This document shows positions 54,349 to 63,649 of a stretch of 64,000 nucleotides of DNA, in pieces; within the stretch, counting starts at the first letter, position 1; each line of letters opens with the position of its first letter. The notes below the pieces were generated by a model. That model searched no databases, was not told the origin of the DNA, and saw nothing but the letters and a program-made list of their open reading frames with translations. The stretch lies in the NCBI GenBank assembly GCA_022826705.1, contig JAJDUJ010000015.1:75167-139166 (forward strand), read 5' to 3'. Origin of the DNA: Acidimicrobiia bacterium (GTDB taxonomy: Bacteria > Actinomycetota > Acidimicrobiia > Acidimicrobiales > Bin134). The position numbers and the translations under genes were made by a program.

Positions 54349-56475
54349 ATGATTGTTCCTGAGCTCGAGGTGAAGGAGCAGTTGGCCGACGCTGGTGTGA
54401 TGGTTCCGAAGGGGGTCAGCGTGTCCTTTGCCGATGCGGTGGCCAACCCTTCGGTGCTGGCCGCGGCCGCGGAAGCCGGGGGACTAGCTGGGACGTTGGT
54501 GCTCAAGGGCTGGGGCGGCGGGCTCGTCCACAAATCGGACGTAGGGGCAGTGCGTCTGGGGCTGGCGCCCTATGAACTGGACTACGAGGCCTCGACGATG
54601 GCTGCGGAGGCCGCGGCGGCAGGCGTCCGCCTCGAAGGGTTCCTGATTGAGGAGCAGGCCGAGGCCGGGGTTGAGCTTTTGGTGGGTGTGGTGGACCGGC
54701 CCCCGTTCGGCCCGGTGGCTGCCTTGGGTCTGGGCGGCACCCTCACTGAAGTGCTCGACGAGGTGGTGCTGCGGCTGGCCCCCATCTCTCGAGCCGACGC
54801 CGAGGAGATGGTGCTGGGGTTCAGGGGCGCGGAGCTGCTGAGCGGATTCCGGGGGCTATCGCCTGTGGACATTGATTCGCTGATCGAGCTGCTGCTGGTG
54901 GTGGCCGGGCCCGATGGAGTGGCCGAACAACTGGGCCAGCGCTTGGTTGAGTTGGAGTGCAACCCGGTTATTGCCACGCCCGATGGCGCCATCGCCGTAG
55001 ATGCCCGGCTCATCACCCGGGATGCGCCGGACGAGACGCGCCCCGAGCCACCGCCCACCGACTTCGGACCGCTATTCGCCCCTCGGGGCATCGCGGTAGC
55101 CGGGGCCTCGACCAGCCGGCCCGGCTTCGGCAACACCTTTCTCACTGCCTACCAGGAGCTGGGCTGGGGGCCGGGCACTCTGTGGGCTGTCCACCCCAAG
55201 GCAACCGAGATCGACGGGGTGCCCGCGGTGCCCACGGTGGCCGACATCGACGGTGACGTGGACTACGTGGTGGGGGCGGTGCCCGCTGCGGCCTGCGCTG
55301 ATTTGGTGAGGGGGGCGGCGGGCAAGGCCAAGTTCGTTCATGTCATCAGCGGCGGGTTCCGGGAGGCCAGTGCCGAGGGCAACGATCTGGAAGAGGCGCT
55401 GGGCGCGGTGGCTCGGGATTCAGGGGTGCGGGTGCTCGGCCCCAACTGCCTGGGGGCCTACGCGCCGGCTGGCCGTCAGACCTTCTTGCGCAATGCTCCA
55501 ATGGATGTGGGCCGTGTGGCCATGATCTCTCAGAGCGGCGGTCTGGCCGGAGACATGGTCAAGGGCGGGGCGATCCGGGGCATCCGCTACACCAAGCTGT
55601 GTACCGTCGGCAACAGCATCGACGTCACCCCCGGGGAGCTGCTGGAGTGGCTGGTAAGCGACCCCGACACTGGGATCATCGGCCTGTACTTGGAGGACCC
55701 CCGCGACGGTCGCCGCCTGTATGACGCCCTCTATGCCGCCAAAGGGGTCAAGCCGGTGGTGATGCTGGTGGGGGGCCGCACCGCCCAGGGCGGGGGAGCG
55801 GCGGTGTCGCACACCGGGGCCCTGGTGGCTGATCACCGCATTTGGGATGCCGTCAGTGCGTCAACCGGAGTCAGCATCGTCGGCACCCTCGAGGAGCTGC
55901 TGTCGGCCATCGCCTACCTCCAGCGGTGGGCCGAGGCCGACATCAGCGGCGACCTCGACACCCTGGTGCTGGGGGTGGGCGGGGGTGCCTCGGTGCTGGG
56001 CACCGACGCCGCCGACCAGGCCGGCCTGGTCACCACCCCGGTCAGCGACCAGGGCCAGCAGGCGGTTCGGGATCTGGGCTATGGGGTGGGCACCAGCATC
56101 CGCAACCCCATCGAGATCGGCTTCGGCCCTGTGTCCGACCCCGACGTGCTGGTCAAAGCCCTCGATCCCATCCTCGAGACCCAGCCCTACCCCGACGTGG
56201 TGATCCACTCCAACGTCCAGGCCTTCTTCAGCTACGCCGGGGACGGCATCGAGCGCCTCTTCCCCATCATTGAAACCACCGCCGCCCGAGCCTGGCCCCA
56301 CTCCCGCCTGTCCCTCGTCCTCCGCAACCTCGACTGCGCCCCCTCCGACATCGCCGCCCGCATCCAGCAAACCTGCCTAAGCGCCAACATCCCCACCTTC
56401 ACCCGTTTCGCCGAGGCCATGGCCGCCGTAGCCGCCGCCAAACGCCACGCCCGCAACCGCGCCCTCGCTGGGTAG
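54349..56475 (+). CDS. ADP-forming acyl-CoA synthetase (ACD family), fused beta-alpha order (ATP-grasp then CoA-binding/ligase-CoA domains)
   Basis: Track ORF trimmed to the ATG at 54349; the GTG at 54325 is possible. ATP-grasp part: VKEQLADAGVMVPKG...LKGWGGGLVHKSDVGAVRLGL...ECNPV. CoA-binding part: GIAVAGAST...VPTVADIDGDVDYVVGAVPA. It continues with RVLGPNCLG and the HTGAL phosphohistidine-loop-like motif. Confidence 0.82.
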   Translation: MIVPELEVKEQLADAGVMVPKGVSVSFADAVANPSVLAAAAEAGGLAGTLVLKGWGGGLVHKSDVGAVRLGLAPYELDYEASTMAAEAAAAGVRLEGFLIEEQAEAGVELLVGVVDRPPFGPVAALGLGGTLTEVLDEVVLRLAPISRADAEEMVLGFRGAELLSGFRGLSPVDIDSLIELLLVVAGPDGVAEQLGQRLVELECNPVIATPDGAIAVDARLITRDAPDETRPEPPPTDFGPLFAPRGIAVAGASTSRPGFGNTFLTAYQELGWGPGTLWAVHPKATEIDGVPAVPTVADIDGDVDYVVGAVPAAACADLVRGAAGKAKFVHVISGGFREASAEGNDLEEALGAVARDSGVRVLGPNCLGAYAPAGRQTFLRNAPMDVGRVAMISQSGGLAGDMVKGGAIRGIRYTKLCTVGNSIDVTPGELLEWLVSDPDTGIIGLYLEDPRDGRRLYDALYAAKGVKPVVMLVGGRTAQGGGAAVSHTGALVADHRIWDAVSASTGVSIVGTLEELLSAIAYLQRWAEADISGDLDTLVLGVGGGASVLGTDAADQAGLVTTPVSDQGQQAVRDLGYGVGTSIRNPIEIGFGPVSDPDVLVKALDPILETQPYPDVVIHSNVQAFFSYAGDGIERLFPIIETTAARAWPHSRLSLVLRNLDCAPSDIAARIQQTCLSANIPTFTRFAEAMAAVAAAKRHARNRALAG

Positions 56476-56488
56476 CTACCATCGCTCC

Positions 56489-57253
56489 ATGCCTGGGGAG
56501 AATGAGTTTGAGGGGCGGGTGGCGCTGGTCACGGGGGCGGCGGGAGCGGCCATTGGGTCGACCACTTGCCGGACGCTGGCCTCGTATGGGGCTGGGATCG
56601 TGGTGCTGGACAACCACGAGCGCCGCACCCATGAGACCGCCGAGGCCCTGCGGGAGGCCTATGACGTGCCGGTGATGGCCGCGGTTGCCGACATCGGCGA
56701 CCGGGAGCACATGGCTAGGACCATGGACGAGGTCTATGCCGAGATGGGGTCGGTTGACATCCTGGTGAACAGCGCGGCGGTCAACGTGCAGGGGAGCATC
56801 TTCGACTACAAGCCCGAGGACTGGGACTGGGTCATCGGCGTGGATCTCACCGCCTGCTGGTGGCTGATCTGGCGCACCATCGGGGCAATGCGGGATCGCC
56901 AGTGGGGGCGCATCGTGAACGTTTCGTCTGTGGCTGCCTACCTGGGGGGCAACGGCAGGGAAGGGCCGTACGCCGCGGCTAAAGCCGCCCTCAATGAAGT
57001 GACAAGAGGAGCGGCCATCGAGGGCGGTCCGTACAACATCCGGGTCAATGCGGTCGCCCCCGGCCTGATCCGCTCCAAGTGGGTGGACGCCCAAGCTGAG
57101 TACTACGAGTCGTTCCGGGAGGAGACTCCGCTGCGTCGCCATGGCGAGCCCGAGGACGTGGCCAACACCATTGCCTTTCTGTGCGGCGACGAGTCCGCCC
57201 ACATCACCGGCCAGGTGATCAATATCTCCGGCGGGTGGTACCTCACCCCGTGA
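56489..57253 (+). CDS. SDR-family oxidoreductase
   Basis: VALVTGAAGAAIGS Rossmann motif, NSAAV, and catalytic YAAAK. Confidence 0.88.
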   Translation: MPGENEFEGRVALVTGAAGAAIGSTTCRTLASYGAGIVVLDNHERRTHETAEALREAYDVPVMAAVADIGDREHMARTMDEVYAEMGSVDILVNSAAVNVQGSIFDYKPEDWDWVIGVDLTACWWLIWRTIGAMRDRQWGRIVNVSSVAAYLGGNGREGPYAAAKAALNEVTRGAAIEGGPYNIRVNAVAPGLIRSKWVDAQAEYYESFREETPLRRHGEPEDVANTIAFLCGDESAHITGQVINISGGWYLTP

Positions 57254-57269
57254 ACCTGAATCCCAGCCG

Positions 57270-58049
57270 ATGAGCGGAATCGGCGACCGGATTCGGGCCG
57301 CCGCTCCAGTACCGGGGGAGGTGGACCGCAACGCGGTGGTCCTCATTCTGTTGGCTATCGGCACCGTCATCGCCATCCGCTACGGCGGGCTGTCGTCCAC
57401 CACCGACTGGCTCACCGCCACCTTCGACGGCCTGGCCCTCGATGGGCTGGCCGACCGCTTCGAGGAAGCGTTGAGTGCTTCCGAGCACGCCGGGTTTAAC
57501 CGCCGCATGTACTGGGGCCTGTTCCGCTGGGTGGTGTACGTGGTGCCCGCCGTGCTGGTAGCCCGCTACGTGCTGCGCACCCGCCTGCGGGACCTCGGCC
57601 TCAAGGCCGGTCCCGAACTCCGCCGCCACGCGCCCCTCTACCTGGGCCTCTACCTGGTGCTGCTGCCGTTCGTAGTGGCGGCCAGCTTCAACGGCGAATT
57701 CCAAGACACCTACCCCTTCTACGAGCCGCCTCCCGGCATCGGCTACTGGCCCCGCTTCTACATCTGGGAAGCGGTATACGCCGGACAGTTCTTGGCTTTG
57801 GAGTTCTTCTTCCGCGGCGTGTTGGTCCACGGCCTGGCCCGCCGATTCGGCGCCATGGCTGTGTTCATCGCCCTCATCCCCTACGTGATGATCCACCTCA
57901 CCAAACCCCTGGCCGAAGCCCTCGGCTCCATCGTTGCCGGCACCGTCCTCGGATTTCTCAGCCTAAGGACCGGCTCCGTCTACCTAGGCGCCGCCCTCCA
58001 CTTCGCCGTAGCCCTCACCATCGATCTGCTGGTCTTAGGCATCCAGTAG
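57270..58049 (+). CDS. CPBP-family intramembrane glutamic endopeptidase (CAAX protease-like)
   Basis: Polytopic protein with LALEFFFRGVLVH (the EExxxR-type motif 1) and later His-containing helices (MIHLTKP, ALHFAVAL). Confidence 0.75.
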   Translation: MSGIGDRIRAAAPVPGEVDRNAVVLILLAIGTVIAIRYGGLSSTTDWLTATFDGLALDGLADRFEEALSASEHAGFNRRMYWGLFRWVVYVVPAVLVARYVLRTRLRDLGLKAGPELRRHAPLYLGLYLVLLPFVVAASFNGEFQDTYPFYEPPPGIGYWPRFYIWEAVYAGQFLALEFFFRGVLVHGLARRFGAMAVFIALIPYVMIHLTKPLAEALGSIVAGTVLGFLSLRTGSVYLGAALHFAVALTIDLLVLGIQ

Positions 58050-58091
58050 TCCCTGGGCTGCCATTAGCGCCCACAACCTAAGCTGAACCCC

Positions 58092-59285
58092 ATGGCCGCT
58101 CTCGGCTACCGCACGTTTGACTCCGACAACCACTACTACGAGGCGCCCGACTGCTTCAGCCGCCACATCGAGTCCCGCTACGCGGAAAAGGCGATAACTG
58201 CTTCCCAGCGAGCCGACGGGGAGTGGGAGGTGAAGGTGGGCGACCGGCCTTACAACTTCATGCATGTGAAGTTCGACAAGACCAACGCTCCCGGTTCCAT
58301 GTACGAGATGTTCAAAGCTAAGCGCGACAACCCCGACTTGAGCTGGGGCGACTCCTACACCGCAGAGAACATGTTGCCTGCCTACAAGCAGCCCGATGCT
58401 CGCCTCGAACTGCTCGATTCCCAGGGCGTGGAGTGGGCCGTCTTGCTTCCCACCTTCGGTGTTTCTGTAGAGGAATACATGGTGGACGACATCGAGCAGA
58501 CCTACGCCAACCTGCGGGCCTTCAACCGTTGGCTAGAGGACGACTGGGCCTACGACTACCAGAATCGACTGTTCACCCCGCCGCTGTTGTCGTTGCTGGA
58601 TCTAGAACATGCCATCGAGGAACTCGACCGAGTGCTCGAAGCCGGAGCCCGCATCGTGCACCTGCGCCCCTGTCCCTGGGGCGGCGATGGCCGTTCAATC
58701 GCCGACCCCTACTACGACCCGTTCTGGGCCCGCCTCAACGAGGCCCCGATTCCCGTGGCGTTCCACATCTCCGACCTGCGCTATGGCGACCTGGCTGTGC
58801 GAATGGGCGACGACCCGGTGGCCAATGTGCGGGAGATGTCGGCCTTCCAGTGGGCCTTCCTCCACGGAGACCGCCCCATCATGGAGACGTTCGGGGCGCT
58901 GCTCTACGGCAACATGCACGAGCGATTCCCCAACCTCAACTTCTTGAGCATCGAGAACGGCTCCGACTGGGTCCACTACCTGCTCACCTTGATGGACAAG
59001 AAAAAGGGCATGGCCCGCTTCGGCCCCTGGCCCGCCGGCCGCCCCGCTGGGCGCATGAGTGAGATCTTCAAGCAGTGCTGCTTCGTGTCTCCCTACCCCG
59101 AAGACGACGTTGAGGCCCTAGTCGAGAGAATCGGCGCCACCCAGGTCCTATTCGGCTCCGACCACCCCCATCCCGAAGGCATCGCCGACCCCAATTCCTT
59201 CATCACCCTCATCGCCAACCGCCCCGAAAAAGAACAACGCCAAATCATGCGAGAAAACGCCGTCACCCTCTTCAAAGTCGCCTGA
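58092..59285 (+). CDS. Amidohydrolase_2 family protein
   Basis: RTFDSDNHYYEAPD N-terminal motif and LFGSDHPHPEG C-terminal motif. 397 aa. Confidence 0.85.
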   Translation: MAALGYRTFDSDNHYYEAPDCFSRHIESRYAEKAITASQRADGEWEVKVGDRPYNFMHVKFDKTNAPGSMYEMFKAKRDNPDLSWGDSYTAENMLPAYKQPDARLELLDSQGVEWAVLLPTFGVSVEEYMVDDIEQTYANLRAFNRWLEDDWAYDYQNRLFTPPLLSLLDLEHAIEELDRVLEAGARIVHLRPCPWGGDGRSIADPYYDPFWARLNEAPIPVAFHISDLRYGDLAVRMGDDPVANVREMSAFQWAFLHGDRPIMETFGALLYGNMHERFPNLNFLSIENGSDWVHYLLTLMDKKKGMARFGPWPAGRPAGRMSEIFKQCCFVSPYPEDDVEALVERIGATQVLFGSDHPHPEGIADPNSFITLIANRPEKEQRQIMRENAVTLFKVA

Positions 59286-59288
59286 GGT

Positions 59289-60122
59289 CTATCTCGGGGG
59301 GATGAAGCCGCCGTCGATGATTATGCATTGGCCGGTGATGTAGCTGCCAGCGTCGGAGGCGAGGAGGAGGGCGGCGCCTACTAGCTCGTCGGGGTGGCCG
59401 ATGCGGCCGATGTGGCTGAGGTCGGCCATGCGGGCCATGGCCTCGGGGCCGGTGTTGCGGGTCATTGTGGTGTCGACGGTGCCGGGGGCGATGGCGTTCA
59501 CCCGCACGCCGTGGGGGGAGTACTCACCGGCCATCGACCGGGTGAACGACAGCAGGCCGGCCTTGGCCGCCGAGTACATGGAGGTATTGCCCGCGGGTAT
59601 GTAGGCCCCCACCGAGATCACGTTGATCACCGAGGCGTGGTCGGATTCCAGCAGCGAGGGCAAACAGCGCTGGAACAAGAAGAACGGTCCCCGCAGGTTC
59701 ACGGTGAACGAGCTCTCCCACGCCTCAGGGGTGATGTCGGTCATGGGCAGGCCAAGTGGGTTGGCGGCGTTGTTCACCAGGATGTCGATCTGGCCGTAGT
59801 GCTCCAGGGTGGTATCGGCCAGCTGGTTCACGCTGTCGAGGTCGCCCATGTGGGCGGGTATGGCCAGCGCCTCGCCGCCCGCCTCGACGATCTCGGCCAC
59901 GGCCCGGTCGCAAGCCTCGGCCTTGCGGCTGGCCACCACCACCTTTGCCCCTTGGGCGGCGAAGCCGTGGGCGATGGACAACCCGATTCCCCGGCTGCCC
60001 CCGGTGACGATCGCCACCCGCCCCGAAAGGTCGAACATCTGGGCGGCGTCCAGCGATGACGAGTCGGGACGGGGAGCGAACTTCGGGTCGGTGGTGGGAT
60101 CAGCGGCGGGGGAGTCGGCCAT
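59289..60122 (-). CDS. SDR-family oxidoreductase
   Basis: VAIVTGGSRGIGLSIA, NNAAN and the YSAAK catalytic motif. Confidence 0.88.
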   Translation of the reverse strand: MADSPAADPTTDPKFAPRPDSSSLDAAQMFDLSGRVAIVTGGSRGIGLSIAHGFAAQGAKVVVASRKAEACDRAVAEIVEAGGEALAIPAHMGDLDSVNQLADTTLEHYGQIDILVNNAANPLGLPMTDITPEAWESSFTVNLRGPFFLFQRCLPSLLESDHASVINVISVGAYIPAGNTSMYSAAKAGLLSFTRSMAGEYSPHGVRVNAIAPGTVDTTMTRNTGPEAMARMADLSHIGRIGHPDELVGAALLLASDAGSYITGQCIIIDGGFIPPR

Positions 60123-60153
60123 GGCCGCACCCTAGAGCGAGAACTGAATCGAC

Positions 60154-61059
60154 CTAGAAGTGATAGGGGAACTGGGAAAAATCAGCCGGTCGCTTCTCCA
60201 GGAACGAGTCCCGGCCCTCGGCGGCCTCGTCGGAACCGTAGGCCAGGCGGGTGGCCTCCCCGGCGAACACCTGCTGGCCCACCAATCCGTCGTCGATGAG
60301 GTTGAAGGCGAACTTCAACATGCGCTGCGCGGTGGGGCTCTTGGCGTTCACCGCCTCGGCCCACTCCAGCGCCGTCTGCTCCAGCTCGGCGTGGGGCACC
60401 ACGGCGTTGACCATGCCCATCTCGTAGGCCTCAGCCGCGGTGTAGGCCTTGCCCACGAAGAAAACCTCCCGGGCCCGCTTCTGGCCCACCTGGCGGGCCA
60501 GGTAGGCCGAGCCGAAGCCACCGTCGAAGCTGGCCACATCAGCGTCGGTCTGCTTGAACATGGCGTGCTCGGCTGACGCCAGGGTCATGTCGCTCACCAC
60601 ATGCAGGCTGTGGCCGCCGCCGGCCGCCCACCCCGGCACCACTGCGATCACCACCTTGGGCATGAACCGGATGAGCCGCTGAACCTCCAAGATGTGCAGG
60701 CGCCCAGTGCGGGCGTCGTCCACCGTGTCGGCGGTCTCTCCGCTGGCGTACTGGTAGCCGTCGGCTCCCCGGATGCGTTGGTCGCCCCCCGAGCTGAAGG
60801 CCCAGCCGCCGTCGGTGGGCGACGGCCCATTGCCGGTGAGCAGCACGGTGCCCACATCGGGGGTCATGCGAGCGTGGTCCAGCGTGCGGTGCAACTCGTC
60901 CACCGTGTGGGGACGGAAGGCGTTGCGCACCTCGGGACGGTCGAAGGCAATCCGCACCGTGGCCTGGTTGACGGCGCGGTGATAGGTCACGTCGGTGAGG
61001 TCGAACCCCTCCACCGGCTTCCACAGTTCGGCGTCGAACAGCTCCGAGACCATGCCCAA
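60154..61059 (-). CDS. menB: 1,4-dihydroxy-2-naphthoyl-CoA synthase
   Basis: RIAFDRPEVRNAFRP, FSSGGDQRIRG, VVPGWAAGGGHSLHVV and a C-terminal FPYHF-type end match actinobacterial MenB (crotonase fold). 301 aa. Confidence 0.92.
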   Translation of the reverse strand: MGMVSELFDAELWKPVEGFDLTDVTYHRAVNQATVRIAFDRPEVRNAFRPHTVDELHRTLDHARMTPDVGTVLLTGNGPSPTDGGWAFSSGGDQRIRGADGYQYASGETADTVDDARTGRLHILEVQRLIRFMPKVVIAVVPGWAAGGGHSLHVVSDMTLASAEHAMFKQTDADVASFDGGFGSAYLARQVGQKRAREVFFVGKAYTAAEAYEMGMVNAVVPHAELEQTALEWAEAVNAKSPTAQRMLKFAFNLIDDGLVGQQVFAGEATRLAYGSDEAAEGRDSFLEKRPADFSQFPYHF

Positions 61060-61062
61060 AGA

Positions 61063-62166
61063 CTACGGGCGATGGGGTGGGGGCAGGTACTCGAATCCGG
61101 CCGGAGCGTCGTCCCGCCAATCTTGATAGGTGTCCTTGGCCTTGGCTGTCGTTCTCTTGCGGACGGTCTTGGCCACCTTCTTCTTGGCTTTCTCCGCCGA
61201 TTGGGTGAGGGTGTAGTACTGCATCTCCTTGAACGCCCGGCGGCGGCCCATCTCCACCAGCGCCCTAGCCGCGCTCAGCGTCTTACCCGTCCCCAGGGGC
61301 ATGGCCACCCGCCCGGCGAACATCAGCGCCGACTTCCAATCGCCCTGGCTCAGCGCATACAGAGCCCGGGTGGTGTCCACAATCTCGCCCACTACCGGCA
61401 GCACTCCGGCGGCCTCCATGGCCCAGAACCCCACGTCGTCCCAGCCGAAGCCGTCCTTGCGGTGGTAGGCCCCATGGGCGATGACCGCGGCGGCCGCTTC
61501 GCGAACTTCCGGGGGCAGGCTCACGTCGGCGGCGATGGCCTCGAAGTCTGCCTTCGACAAGAACCGGTCGGCCTTGGTGGGATCGCCCTGGGCCGCGGTG
61601 TCGATGGCGGCCAGATAGGGCAGCAGCGTGGTGTAGGCCGACATCTTGTCCTCGAAGGCATCCAGGTCGTCGAGGCTGATGCGCCCATCCCCACCGCTGG
61701 CCGAGAACCCCTCGGTGGGGTCGGACAGGTAGTCGCGATTGTTCTTGGCCGTGTCCACCATGGTGAACAGGCTGCGATTGGTGAGCAGGATCCGGGCCGC
61801 CTCCCCCAAGTCGTCGGTGCGGGTTACGAAGCCTTCCAAGTCGCCCCGCGACACGATGTGGTCGCCGCCCCACGCCTCGGGAGCGTCGCGGAGAACCTCG
61901 ATGGCCCACAGGGCCAGATCGAGTCCCTCGGGACCCAGCAGGATCATCTGCGCTCTCTGGGCGATGTCCCCGGAGTCGATGCGTAGCTGCTGGGCGATCC
62001 CGCCCAGCGACTGCTCCACCGGGTACTGCTCGCCCCCCAGCCAATACTCAACCTCACCCACCACCGCGGCCCACCGCAGGCGCCGCAGGTCGATCTCATC
62101 AGCTACGGCCTGGTAGTCGATGGCCAGTTCAAAGGCTGCTTCGGCATCCATTCCCACGGTGGGCAT
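61063..62166 (-). CDS. hypothetical protein with Lys/Arg-rich C-terminal tail
   Basis: 367-aa ORF with high-GC codon usage that ends 3 nt before menB. No family recognised. Its tail is AEKAKKKVAKTVRKRTTAKAKD. Confidence 0.5.
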   Translation of the reverse strand: MPTVGMDAEAAFELAIDYQAVADEIDLRRLRWAAVVGEVEYWLGGEQYPVEQSLGGIAQQLRIDSGDIAQRAQMILLGPEGLDLALWAIEVLRDAPEAWGGDHIVSRGDLEGFVTRTDDLGEAARILLTNRSLFTMVDTAKNNRDYLSDPTEGFSASGGDGRISLDDLDAFEDKMSAYTTLLPYLAAIDTAAQGDPTKADRFLSKADFEAIAADVSLPPEVREAAAAVIAHGAYHRKDGFGWDDVGFWAMEAAGVLPVVGEIVDTTRALYALSQGDWKSALMFAGRVAMPLGTGKTLSAARALVEMGRRRAFKEMQYYTLTQSAEKAKKKVAKTVRKRTTAKAKDTYQDWRDDAPAGFEYLPPPHRP

Positions 62167-62211
62167 AAAGGAAAGATATCGAAAATAAGTGAAATTAGCT
62201 ATATGGAATTG

Positions 62212-63558
62212 CTATGCCGATTGCCTTGTTCCAGACCCGCCGTTTTTCCTTATGGGCCGGGCGGGGCGGCGCAGCAGATTGACGGCCATCGCCGAGGCTC
62301 GCACCGGCCACGGCGCGAACTTGGTCTGCTCATTGACGAGGATGCCTTTGCGGGCGGCGATCCTCCACCCGATGAACATCGTGATCACCGCGTGGGGCGC
62401 CACCAGAACAATGAAGAAGGCCCACGGGACGGTGAGGGCCATGGCCAGCCCGGCCGCCACCGGGCCGATCACCGCACCCACTCCGGTCACTCGTACCAGT
62501 CCCGCGCTGGCCCCGTTCAACTGATTGGACGGAACCCAGTCGCCGGTATGGCTGATGGCCAGGGAGTAGAGGGGGAACGTGGTGCCCCCGAAAAGGAACA
62601 TTAGGGCCAGAGAAAGGCCCGACCCGGGCTCGATCATGGCCATGACCGCGGCTATGCCCGCAGCGCCCGCAGCCACCATAAAGATGACTACTCGCCGGGA
62701 CATGCGATCAGAAATCGCCCCGATGGGCCAGGTCAACACGATGGCTCCGATGGTGGCCACCGACAGGAATAGCGCAATGCGCGAAGCGGGCAGCCCCTCA
62801 CTGGCTGCATATATCGCACCAACCCCAAGTAGGGCGCCGTGGCTGATGCCAGCGCAAAAACTGGTCAGCACTCCGGAAGGCACCAGCGCGATGAGATGGC
62901 GCAGCGGCAGGGGTTCGGGCGCAACCAGGGGGGGTGCGCTGGTGGCCGACAGGGCGATGGGAACCAGCGCAACCGAGATGAGCGCTGAAGAGAAGATGTA
63001 GAGGTCGAAATCCGCGGGGTCACCGCCGTTGAGCAGAAGCTGTCCAACCGACAACCCGCCCATGGTCACCACCAGATACATGCCCAGCACGCGGCCGCGG
63101 TTGGTGTTGGTGCCCATGTCATTGAGCCATGACTCCACCGTCACGTAGATGCCGGCCATGGCCAGTCCGAAGATCACTCGCAGCACCACCCACGCGGGAG
63201 GATTCACCCACAGCGGATGGAGGATGGACACCGCGGAGGCCACCGAGGCCAATGCCGCGAACACTCGAATATGGCCTACCGCGCCCAGGAAGTGCTCGGC
63301 CAGCCTGGCCCCGAGCAGAAAGCCCACGAAGTAGCCGGCCATGACCGCGCCGCTGACGGCCAGCCCGAACCCCTCGTTCTCCGCTCGCACTCCCAGCACC
63401 GCTCCTTGGAGGCCGTTGCCCGCCATGATGAGCGCCATCCCGGCCAGCAGTGCCCGGGCCGCTCCCAGGGCGCGCCCCTTGGGCTCGGTCTCAATCCAAG
63501 GACCGCCGACGACACCGCCGTCGTCATCCTCTAGCCACCCGACGGCGTTCTCGGCCAC
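62212..63558 (-). CDS. MFS transporter
   Basis: 448-aa polytopic protein with an MFS motif-A-like loop GAISDRMSRRVV. Confidence 0.8.
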   Translation of the reverse strand: MAENAVGWLEDDDGGVVGGPWIETEPKGRALGAARALLAGMALIMAGNGLQGAVLGVRAENEGFGLAVSGAVMAGYFVGFLLGARLAEHFLGAVGHIRVFAALASVASAVSILHPLWVNPPAWVVLRVIFGLAMAGIYVTVESWLNDMGTNTNRGRVLGMYLVVTMGGLSVGQLLLNGGDPADFDLYIFSSALISVALVPIALSATSAPPLVAPEPLPLRHLIALVPSGVLTSFCAGISHGALLGVGAIYAASEGLPASRIALFLSVATIGAIVLTWPIGAISDRMSRRVVIFMVAAGAAGIAAVMAMIEPGSGLSLALMFLFGGTTFPLYSLAISHTGDWVPSNQLNGASAGLVRVTGVGAVIGPVAAGLAMALTVPWAFFIVLVAPHAVITMFIGWRIAARKGILVNEQTKFAPWPVRASAMAVNLLRRPARPIRKNGGSGTRQSA

Positions 63559-63649
63559 TGCTGCTTAGCCTACCGACGCGCCCCCAGATTCCAAGATGAA
63601 TTTCGCCATTCCAGGGAGCATCTTTTTCGGCGCCAAGCCGCTCGTGGAG

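Noticed and set aside
61063-62166. Orphan protein as a polymorphic-toxin / pre-toxin-TG or EF-hand protein
   Set aside because: The GVLPVVGEIVD...GDW segment and the SGGDGRISLDDLD loop only loosely resemble those motifs. No toxin domain, immunity gene or secretion gene is nearby. This cannot be supported without profile searches.
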